DNA of 55,564 nt from the NCBI GenBank assembly GCA_048213135.1, contig PS015277.1:41233-96796 (forward strand), in the 5' to 3' direction. Numbering within the stretch: the stretch's first letter is position 1; every line of letters begins with the position of its first letter. The stretch comes from Reclinomonas americana ATCC 50394. Lineage: Eukaryota. A program made the position numbers and the translations under genes. Positions 35,301 through 47,300 of this stretch are shown here, one piece after another. The notes under the pieces were generated by a model, which was not told where the DNA came from, did no database searches, and saw nothing but the letters and a program-made list of their open reading frames with translations.

Positions 35301-38300
35301 CTGCGCGTGCCGCGGACACCAAGTTCTGCCGCACCACCTGCATGTCGGCGGCAGGTAAGCTGCTAGTCACCTGTGTTGCGTGGTACGAACGTCAGTTCCT
35401 GACTGTAGCAGATAGTAATATCGAGGCACCACCATGCACTCACATTCGCCACATTGTTCACCACAGAGGCGAACGACGCCAATTCCAGTCCGTCGCCCGT
35501 GGACACATGACTGCTGGCGGCAAGCACGACCTCCGACATGCGCGTCAACGCGGAGGGGGAAACGACTGTCATGCGCACTGCGGTGTCAATGGCATGACAT
35601 CAATGTGACGAGAATGCTGGCCAGCCAACTTAACTTGGAGAAGTGTCACTATTGCCAAACAGCATGCTGCTACCGCTCAGCAGAGACAAACTTGCTGTCA
35701 CGGTGCTCAACACAATTGAAGCGGCGCCAGGACTCTGTGCCAGCACCGATGAGAGTGAGTCACGGACGGCGACGCCAATCAACAATGACTGTTCAGCGCG
35801 CACCGTGATATTTACGGCACTGGCCGACGACAGCACTGTATCGACTGCGGCTAGCACAGAAGTGGAGTCGGCATACATCTTGCGATGCAATGTAATGACA
35901 GCGATGACCGATGTTCTACGAAGAGAGTCAGCAAGTCGGCAAGAGATTGGTGCGAACAGCCGAGAGCGCAGGTGCGTGAACGACTCACCGGCCACCATCA
36001 ACATCAGTCGCTGTGACGCCGACAGTCGCTTGATCCTGAGCGCGGCACAAGTGCTGCAGTTTGACCCCGCTGACCTTGCCCGATGGACCCGATCCCAGAG
36101 TCAACTGTGGCGCACAGAAATGAGACCAAAGTTAGACAGCGACACACAGCGCGAAACTGGCAGACAGGGGATGACGGCACCTGCTGATTGGATTCGGGAT
36201 CGAGTACAAAGAAAGTGTACGTCAGCGGCATTGGCGAATCAGGATCTTGGAAACCAGTGGCCACCAGGTCGAACTCCGTCTCCAGCTCCATTCCCTCACT
36301 CGGCGAACAGGCAAGCATGCCACGAGTCGGCGGCACATTGACAGTGATTAAACGACGAATGAGGACTGCGGAAACGAGATTACGACACGTCAGCTCCATC
36401 GCAAATGGTCGCGGGCAAATGGAAAGTAATGCTGCAACACACCTCGTCCAGTCAGCGGGTGCGTTACCCAGGCTTCGGCTTCGTACGCGACTCCAGGAAC
36501 GAACGAATTGGCTGGAATAATCGCGAAACCATCGCTCGGTGTCCATCCGAACGAGGCGACTTTGACCGAGGGCGAGCCGGTCCTGGATTTCAAATCGCAC
36601 GATCAGAAACGGCAGCATACCAACTCGTGCAACAGACACAACGCAACGCTTGCGAATAGATTCCCCACTCGAACGTCATCTTTGCGACGTCAGCAGGCGC
36701 CACTCCGTCCATGATCAAGTCCAGCGTCAGCGGCAGCGAGGCATCAAAGCTGCGAGACAAGCTCCCCTGCGCACAGCATGATGAGACGGAGGAAGGGAGC
36801 ACACCAGGATCTCGATCAGAGCATTTCTCCACGCACTCGAATAAAGGCATTTCCTGAGCCGATGCGCGCTGTCTGGGTACCAAAATCTGCGGCACATTCA
36901 TACAAAAAAGTTGGAATACAACAGAAAACACTGCTCACAACAACGGGCACAAACGCACCTTGGAAGACGTACACGTTCTGCGCGTACACTCCACCGTTGC
37001 CGTCATTGGTCTGCACTTGCACTTCGTGGTTGCTGCCAGCCAGGTCGTCCGTGTCCACCACGAGGTTCGAGCCGGTGACGTTGAATTTCGACCCAGATCG
37101 CCCGCCGATAATCGTCAGTGTCTGCGTCTGGCAACAATTGTTGTCGCTGACGTCTAGCGGTCCAATGACGGTTCCGCGTCGTGCAAACGGCGTCATGCCC
37201 ACCGCCGCGGGTTCCACAGCAAATGTGTTGTGCACCAGCGCAATGGATGTCGGTGGCACATTGGCTGTTGTAACAACAATCCCCAAGTGAGTCAGTCGCC
37301 AACGGAGTACCACAATGACAGACAAAGCGAAAAAACAGAACCTTCAGTGATGGTGAACGACTGCGACTGAGACAGCCCACGCGAGTCGGTTACTTGCAGT
37401 GTCACTTGCAAGTTCAGGCCCTGCTGCGTCGGCGACCGGACAACCAGATTTGTTCCCTGGACATCAAAGAGGCTGGCGGCCGGACCACCAGCTACTGAAT
37501 ATGTCAATACCTCGTTCGAGTTCAGGTCCGTGGCCGACAGCTGTCCCACTGCAGAATTGGCGGTCCCCGACATGGGAATGTACAGCCGATTCGACAAGGC
37601 GAGACCGGTCGGCGCCACATTCACTAACGAATCGCAAGACGTGATCATCAGTCAACGCTTGTGCACAGACAGCTGCCGCTCGCTCTTGCCTCACCTTCAT
37701 CAATGATGACACCGACTTTGACGTAGAAGAGACCTGCTGCGTCGGTTACACGCAGATCCACACGGAGACCCATTCCACGAGTTCCGGCGGCACTGATTCG
37801 CAGCTGATTGGCAGNNNNNNNNNNNNNNNNNNNNNNNNCGCTTGCTCGCAGCACCGGTGCCACCAACGAGCATTACTTTGTCCGCCACCACGTACACACC
37901 ACCGACACCTGGAGCCAACATATTGGTTGGCACTCTGACTGCCACCGATCCGAATGTGGGCGATTCGCACACGTTTTCGATTTTCGGCGGGGCCGATGCG
38001 ATGCTGTTCAACGTCAGTACGAATCGACTGCGATTGACGAATGCGGGTCAAGTGGGCACGAATTTCGTGGTCATCGTACGCGCCACCGACTCTGCCGGCC
38101 TGACCCTGGACGTCAGTTTCACGATTACACAGAGTTACACGTCGTGCACTGCTCTGTGGATCTATTGATTTCTTGCCTCTGTGCTCACACGACTGTGTTT
38201 TCGGGTGCAGTCAATGTGGCGCCGACTAATATTCTGCTCTCCACCAATGTGTACGTCTTCCCTACAATGGCAGCCAACCAGGTTGTCTGCAACCTGACGG

Positions 38301-41300
38301 CAGTGGACGCCAATGTCGGTGATTCGCACACGTTTTCGATTGTTGGCGGTGCGAATGCTGCACTCTTCAACATCGNNNNNNNNNNNNNNNNNNNNNNNNN
38401 NNNNNNNNNNNNNNNNNNNNNNNNNNNNNNNNNNNNGTGAAATGTCCGTCGGTGCAACGTTCACTGCGAAACGCGCAGTGAGCAGAGATGGCGACCGCAA
38501 GTTATCACGAGGCAGGGAACGTACCTTCGCTGAACAGGAACGTCTTGTTGAAAGTTCCACCGTGCAAGTCGTCGGTCTTCACAGTGACTTGCAAATTGTT
38601 GCCGGTGAGATTGGCAACGGCGCTGCGCAGCTGGTTGCCGTTCACCTCGAACTTGGCCTGATCCGCGCCACCGATTATCGTGTACACTGGCGACTGGCAA
38701 CAGTTGACATCCGCAGTAGTCAGCGTGGCCAACACGCCGTGCAACCCGGTGTGCGGTGTATACAGCAGCGTCGACAGAGTGATGTCAGTCGGTGCCACAT
38801 TGGCTGTCAACCGACAAGCGAAACTTTAGCGCACGTGTCCAAGCGATCAATCTCAAGAACGTGCTCAACAAACCTTCGTCAATGGTGAACAATTTGGTGA
38901 AAACAAGACCGCCACTGTCAGTGACGCGAATCTGCACTTGCAATCCGTTGCCCGTCTGACCAGCAGATGTGAGCTGCAGTTGTGCACCCGAAATGTTGAA
39001 TAGGGCCGCACTGGCGCCGCCCACGATCGCAAATGTCGCAGTGTCACCAGTATTATTGTCAACCATCGCCAGTGTGCCCACAACGCTGTTGGCAGCCGCT
39101 GTGGGTGGCGTGTATGTGCTCGAGGATAGAGTGATGTCGGTCGGTGCAACGTTTCCTGCAAGTAGCGAGTGAGAAAGAGACAATAGTAACTAAAAGCAGC
39201 GCAGCTGCCACACGAACCTTCGCTAATTGAGAATGTCTGGCTATACACCCCGCCATGGCTGTCGTCCGTCTGCACTCGCACCAGCAAATTGTTGCCCGTC
39301 AAGCCCGCGCCTCCTTGCACGGCCACGAGCTGGTTGCCCGTGATAGAGAAGCTGCTTGCATTTGCTCCACCGGTGATGCTGTAGGTGAAGCTCTGGCAGC
39401 AATTGGCATCCGTGGTCGTCAATGTTCCAACAACAGTCCCCGAGGGTGCGGGCACAGGTGTGTAAAGAAGTGACGACAGAGCGATGGCCGTGGGGACAAC
39501 ATTGGCTGCGGCAATGCGAGAGCGGAAGTGAGAATGAGAAAGGAACACAACGTGCAGTGCAAGTTGATGAGCAGCGCCAAACCTTCGTCAAGAACAAACG
39601 CCTTGCTGAATGTTCCACCACCTCCATCGTTGGTGCGAATGGTCACATGCAAGCTGTTGCCGGTGAGGCCATTCACGCTCGACACAAGCTGCGAGCCGAC
39701 GATGGCGAACTTGGCCGCATCAGCACCGCCAGTGATCGAGTACGTGAACGACTGACAGCAGTTGCCGTCGGTAGTCGTCAGCGAGCCGATGACTCCGTTC
39801 AGCGCCAGCGGTGGCGTGTACGTCAGTGTCGACAAGGTAATGTCGGATGGAACGAGATTGACTGCGCGCACAATGTGAGCAACCAGAGCAGTCAGACGCA
39901 CCCGACACATCCACAACGCAACTTTCGTTGATGTAGAATGTCTTGTCCAACGAGCCACCGAAACCATCGGTGAGCCGCACAGTCACCTCGAGATTCATGC
40001 CGGTCAGACCGCCCATTACATTTGTCCGCAGTTGAGCACCGGCGATCAAGAACTTGGCCATGTCAGCACCGCCCACCAAGCTGAAAACAAATGTTTGACA
40101 ACAGTTTGCGTCCACGGCTGAAAAGTTGCCGACTGCCGTATTAGCAAAGGCCGGTGGTGTGTACGTCGTCGAGTCCAGCAGAATATCCGTGGGCGGCATG
40201 TTGGCTGCACGTGTGAACAGCGAGTGATACCACCATCAGCACCACATTTATCTCACAAGCCCGCACACCAACAAACAAACACACACGCTGCTCGCTGTCC
40301 CTCTCTCCCTCTCTCTCTCTCTGTACGCACACGAACACGCACCTTCAGNNNNNNNNNNNNNNNNNNNNAAACGTCCCACCCGCACCATCATTCGTCCGCA
40401 CAATGACCACCAGATTGTTGCCCGTCAGTCCCGCAACATTCACCCGCAGCTGATTGCCACTGATGTTGAACGACGCCGCATTCGCACCACCCACAATGCT
40501 GTACGTGAACGTCTGACAGCAGTTCGCGTCCACAGTCGACAGCGTGCCCACAACCGTGTTCAGTGGCGCAGGTACCGGCGTGTACAGTGTCGAGCTGACG
40601 CTCACATCCGTTGGCGCAACGTTGGCTGCACTCACCACACCACATCAATCGTGTCAGCAGACATCACTCTCCCTTCTTTTACCATATTTCCCCTCCCACG
40701 CACCTTCGTCCACTGTAAACGTCTTCGAGAACGTGAGCGCCGCTGAGTCTGTCACACGAATCGTCACCGCGAGCCCAGTGCCAGTCTGTCCCACGTTCGA
40801 CAGCCGCAGTTGATTGCCCGCAATGTTGAACGCAGCCGCATTCGCCCCACCAGTAATGGCAAATGTGAACACATCACCAAGATTGCCATCGACGGCAACC
40901 AGCGTTCCCACAACCACATTCGTTGACAGCGTCGGCGGCACATACGTTGACGACGACAACACAATGTTCGTCGGTGCCACAGGACCTGCATCACTCGACA
41001 CAGTCGGCACAAAGAATCAACGTACCACAGCACAACACATGCACACGCAACTGTCGGTGATCACAAACGTCTTCTCCACAAATGCTCCACTATTGTCAGT
41101 CGCTCGCACAATCACCGTGAATCCACTTCCCGTCTGTCCGCTGACACTCAGTCGCAGCTGATTTCCCGAAATGTTGAACAGACCGCTGTCCGCTCCACCA
41201 CTGATCGTGAGCACGTGCGTGTCGCTGCCATTCGCATCCACCACTGTCATCGTTCCCACGACAACATTCGTACTCGCCGTCGGCGGCGCATACGTGTTGT

Positions 41301-44300
41301 TCGACAACACAATGTCCGTCGGTGCCAGGTTCGCTGCATCTCCATCATTTAGTCTACGCGCCTCCCTCTCTCCCTCTCCCCCCCCCTCCTCTCTCTCTCA
41401 CTCTCACACACACACACACACACACACAGAATTGAAAACCATACCTTCGTTGATGGTGAACAGCTTGCTCAGGGTGCCACCATTTTGATCGTCCGTCTGA
41501 ATCTGCACCTTCAGGTTGTTGCCCGTCAGTCCCGCCACATTCGACCGCAACTGGCTGCCCACAATCGCAAACTTGGCCTGATCCGCCCCGCCGACAATCG
41601 TGTACACAAATGTCTGGCAGCAGTTGCTGTCTGACGTGCTCAGCGTCGCCACCACACTGCTCATTCCAAGCGGCGGCGGATACAGCAGCGTCGACAGTGC
41701 CACGTCGCTCGGCGGCACATTCGCTGTGTGTACGCACGTCCACAATGTGTGAGCTCACCACTCCCCACTGCTCATTGCAAGTTCTTCTGAAAAGAATACT
41801 CACTCTCATTCACAACAAACGCCTTCGCAAACGCAAATCCGCTGCTGTCCGTCACTCGCACCGTCACTTGCAGTCCAGTGCCGCCTTGTCCGCTGTTGCG
41901 CAACACCAGGCTCGACCCGACAACATCGAACAGAGCTCCATTCGTGCCGCCTTGAATCGTGAACGTGAACGTGTCCAACACATTGCCATCTGTCGCAGAC
42001 AGCGCGCCCACCGCAGTATTCGTTGACACGGTCGGCGGCGTGTACACGCTGCTCGACAGCGAAATGTCCGTCGGTCCAACAGGCACTGCACACGGTGTGA
42101 GTATCATCTCTCTCACGATCACCACATGTCATCATCATAATCATCATCCGCCGCACTCACCATCGTTGATTGTAAACTGCTTCGCAAACGTCGCACCGCC
42201 ACTGTCTGTCGTTTGCACAACCACCACAAGGCCAGTGCCACGCTGTCCAGCAGCAACAATCCGCAGCTGCGATCCGGCAATCTCAAACACACTGCTGTCC
42301 GCTCCACCCACAATCTGGTATGTGAACGTCTCTCCTGTGTTCGCGTCCGTTGTCGACAGACTTCCCACAACACTGTGTGCCGCCGCAGTCGGTGGCGTGT
42401 ACGTGTTCGACGACAGTGCAATGTTGGTCGGCGCCACATTGTCTGCATACACACGCACACACAAGCATGAATATCGACAGGATCTCCATCTCACTTCCCT
42501 CGCGCATCACGCAACTCTCAGAGATCGTAAACGTCTTGTCAAATGTGCCGCCTGCCTGATCGTCCGTACGCACTGTCACCTGCAGTCCGGTTCCACTCTG
42601 GCCCGCCGCCCGAAGCACGAGATTCGTTCCCGCAATGTCGAAAAGCGCACTGTCGCTGCCGCCGACAATCGTGTACACGTGGATCTGGTCCGTGTTGGCG
42701 TCCATCGTCGTCATGCCGCCAATGACTACATTCGTCGTCGCCGTCGGCGGCGTGTACCGCGTCCCAGACAGCAGAATATCAGTCGGGATCACATTGGCTG
42801 CAGACGGCAGCGAGGGGTGAGTTCACAAGACAGCACTCAAGTACTAACGCATTCGGCCACTCACACTCCGACACCAGGAACGTCTGCCGATACGTTCCAC
42901 CGTTGCCATCGTTCGTCTCCACTTCCACCTCCAGGTTGTTCCCCGTCTGGCCCGCCGCACTCAGTCGCAGGTTCGACCCACTGATGTTGAACAGCGCCTG
43001 ATTGCTGCCACCAGTGATGCTGTATGTGAACGTCTGACAGCAGTTCGCATCCACTGTGCTCAGTGCTCCAACAACAACATTCGTCGTTGCAGTCGGCGGC
43101 AAGTACACTGTGCTGCTGATGTTGATGTGCGACGGCACCACGTTCGCTGCACGAGTTCGAGCACACCCGTTCAGCACAACCAACCTGTTATGCATACACA
43201 CATAACAGACACCACAATACTCACCCTCGTTGATCGTGAACGTCTTGTTGAACGTCAGCCCGCCCGAGTCCGTCGTCCTCACTTGCACCTGCAATCCGGT
43301 TCCACCGAATCCATTCGACCGAATCACCAGATTGCTGCCCACAATGTCGAACGACCCGGCATCCGTTCCACCCACAATGCTGTACGTGAACGTGTCTGTC
43401 ACATTCGCATCCGTAGTCGTCATCGCACCCACAACACTGTTTGTGCTCGTCGTCGGCGGCGTGTACACCGTCGACGACAGTGCAATGTTGGTCGGCGCCA
43501 CAGGAACTGCGCAGCCGCCATGAACTGTTGAGCAACAACTGGCGACACATACACACACACACAGACTCCCACAACTCACCATCATTCACAGTGAACGACT
43601 TGTCAAACGTCGCACCACCGCTGTCCGTCGTGCGGATAACCACCACGAGTGCAGTTCCCGTCTGTCCATTCGCACTCAAGCGCAACTGCGTCCCGCTCAC
43701 ATTGAACAGCGCCTGCGCAGCACCGCCGACCACCGAGTACACAAACGTCTCGCCCGTGTTGGCGTCCGTCGAGCTCAGTGTGCCAATCACCGTGTTGGCC
43801 ATGCTCGTCGGCGGTGTGTACGTGTTCGCCGACAGTCCGATATTCGTCGGCGCCACATTGCCTACAACACACGGCAGAGTCAGCTGACTGCATCGTGATT
43901 CACAAACACAAGCTGCGGCACGCACTCTCGTTGAATGTCAGTGTCTTGCTCACACTGCCGCCGTGTCCGTCGTCCGACGTGATCGTCACTTGCAGACCAT
44001 TGCCAGACAGGCCGCCACCACCCACATTCGCCACCAGTTGAGAGCCACTCAAACTGAACTTTCCGCTGTCGGCACCGCCGCTGATCGTGTACGTCGGCGT
44101 CTGGCAGCAGTTGGCATCCACCGTCGACAGCGTGCAAATCACACTTCCCAGTGTGGCTGGCGGCACATACGTAGTCGAGCTGCAGTTGATGTTGGTCGGC
44201 GCAACGTTGGCTGTGTGCATGCCACAGCGAGTCAGTTGGTTGTGTGTGGNNNNNNNNNNNNNNNNNNNNNNNNNNNNNNNNNNNNNNNNNNNNNNNNNNN

Positions 44301-47300
44301 NNNNNNNNNNNNNNNNNNNNNNNNNNNNNNNNNNNNNNNNNNNNNNNNNNNNNNNNNNNNNNNNNNNNNNNNNNNNNNNNNNNNNNNNNNNNNNNNNNNN
44401 NNNNNNNNNNNNNNNNNNNNNNNNNNNNNNNNNNNNNNNNNNNNNNNNNNNNNNNNNNNNNNNNNNNNNNNNNNNNNNNNNNNNNNNNNNNNNNNNNNNN
44501 NNNNNNNNNNNNNNNNNNNNNNNNNNNNNNNNNNNNNNNNNNNNNNNNNNNNNNNNNNNNNNNNNNNNNNNNNNNNNNNNNNNNNNNNNNNNNNNNNNNN
44601 NNNNNNNNNNNNNNNNNNNNNNNNNNNNNNNNNNNNNNNNNNNNNNNNNNNNNNNNNNNNNNNNNNNNNNNNNNNNNNNNNNNNNNNNNNNNNNNNNNNN
44701 NNNNNNNNNNNNNNNNNNNNNNNNNNNNNNNNNNNNNNNNNNNNNNNNNNNNNNNNNNNNNNNNNNNNNNNNNNNNNNNNNNNNNNNNNNNNNNNNNNNN
44801 NNNNNNNNNNNNNNNNNNNNNNNNNNNNNNNNNNNNNNNNNNNNNNNNNNNNNNNNNNNNNNNNNNNNNNNNNNNNNNNNNNNNNNNNNNNNNNNNNNNN
44901 NNNNNNNNNNNNNNNNNNNNNNNNNNNNNNNNNNNNNNNNNNNNNNNNNNNNNNNNNNNNNNNNNNNNNNNNNNNNNNNNNNNNNNNNNNNNNNNNNNNN
45001 NNNNNNNNNNNNNNNNNNNNNNNNNNNNNNNNNNNNNNNNNNNNNNNNNNNNNNNNNNNNNNNNNNNNNNNNNNNNNNNNNNNNNNNNNNNNNNNNNNNN
45101 NNNGCGACAAGTTGCTCGGAGCCACATTCGCTGCATCACGGCGGATAACGTGAGTCTACCATCCACAGCATGTTGACCCCAGTCGTGTGCATGGCACTCA
45201 CCTTCGCTAATGGTGAATGATTTGGAGAACTGTCCGCCATTCAGGTCGTCGGTTTGAATCGTCACCGAGTACGAGTTGCCGGTAAGGCCGCTGACATTGC
45301 TCAGCAACTGATTGCCGGAGATGGCAAACTTGGCTTGATCCGCGCCACCGACAATCGTGTACACTGGCGACTGGCAGCAATTGGCATCCGTCGTCGAGAG
45401 CGTGCCAATCACTCCGATAAGTGCAAGTGGTGGGGTGTACAGAGTGCTCGACAGCGAGATGTCAGTGGGGACGACGTTGACTGCGTGCGTTGCGAAGCCA
45501 TGTGAGCGAAAGCGACTGGTTCGATGAGAGGAAGTGCAGCACACTCACCTTCGTTGATGGTCACCGTCTTGTTCATGAACAGCGACCCGGTGCCGTTGTC
45601 TGTCGAACGTATGATGACAACGAGTCCAGTCCCCGTCTGCCCGGCGGCGGTGATGCGCAGCTGATTGCCAGAGATGTTGAACAAGGCTGCCGATGCTCCA
45701 CCTTGAATACTGTACGTGAACGACTGGCAGCAATTCGCGTCCACTGTGCTCAGCGTTGCCACAACAATGTTGGCCCCCGCAGTCGGTGGCACGTATGTCG
45801 AGCTCGACAGCACAACGTCCGTCGGCGCCACATTTGCTGTGTCGCACACACACAAAGTCAGCGAGATCATACAAGCCCCGCTGCACACACCATCAAGACG
45901 CACCTTCGTCGATCGTGAACGACTTGTCCACAAAGAGTCCGCCGGCTCCACTGTCGGTCGACCGCACCGTGACGACCAGCCCGTTGCCGGACTGACCTAC
46001 GTTGGTGATGCGCAGACTGCTCCCTGAGATGTTGAACAGAGCAGCGTTCGCGCCCCCCACGATGGAGTACGTGAACGTCTGACAGCAGTTGCCGTCGGTG
46101 GTAGACAGAGTTCCTACGACGCTGTTGGCGGCGGCCGGCACCGAGTACAATGTGCTCGACAGTGCAATGTTGGTCGGCGCAAGATTGACTGCGGTGTTGA
46201 GACGGGGATGAACATAGCTGCAGAGCACAAGAACAACACACGCTGGCGAAAATACCTTCGCTGATCGTCAACGTCTTGCTGAAAGTGCCACCGTTCTGAT
46301 CGTCGGTGGTGATCTGCACTTGCAAGCCGTCACCTGTCAGCCCCGCAATGTTCGAACGCAGCTGCGCGCCAGACAAGTTGAACTTGGCAGCGTCAGCGCC
46401 GCCACTGATCGTGTACACAAATGTCTGGCAGCAGTTGCCGTCGGTGGTGGTCAGCGAGCCAATTACTCCATTGAGAGCAAGTGGTGGCGTGTACACGGCC
46501 GACGACAGCACAATGTCGGTCGGCGCGAGATTCGCTGTTTTTTTCAGTGAGGAATGAGCGCAAGGCAGAGTGTACAAGGTGACAGCCATGCGTGTCTCAC
46601 CTTCGTTAATTGTAAACGTCACGCTGACAAACAGAGAACCGCTGCCGCTGTCCGTCGAACGGATCGTCACCTGCAGTCCAGTTCCAGTCTGGCCGCTGCT
46701 TGTAAACCGCAGCTGCGAGCCCGAAATGTTGAACAGGGCTGCATTTGCTCCGCCGACAATGGTGTAGGTGTACGTCTGACAGCAGTTGGCATCGGCAGTC
46801 GACAGTGTGCCAATCACTGCATTGGCGCCAACCGACGGCGGTGAGTACGAGGTGCTTGACAGCGAGATGTTAGTCGGCGCCACGTTGGCTGCAGTCGGAT
46901 GTGGGCGTGAGAAAAGGAATACTGGAGTTATGAGGGATTGCACGCTCTATAAGCTGCCACACAACTCTCGCTGACTGTAAACGTCACGTCGACAAACAGT
47001 GAGCCGGTGCCACTGTCGGTCGACCGCACAATCACCACGTATCCGTTGCCAGTGAGGCCCGCGCTGGTGATGCGCAGTTGCGCGCCCGAGATGTTGAACA
47101 GGGCAGCATTGGCGCCACCCACAATCGTGTACGTGAATGTCTGAGCAGAATTCGCATCGGTGGTCGACAGCGTGCCGACCACCACGTTCGCGGTCGATGG
47201 TGGGGTGTACGTGGTGGCCGACAACGCAATGTTGGTCGGCGCCACGTTGACTGCAACCGAAGCCGCAGCTGGTCAGACACAGACGAGTATGTGCGACACA

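Noticed and set aside
41959-42984. Plus-strand ORFs antisense to the cadherin exons (also 47327-47920)
   Set aside because: Shadow frames of GC-rich, Thr/Val/Gly-biased coding sequence with no independent protein features.
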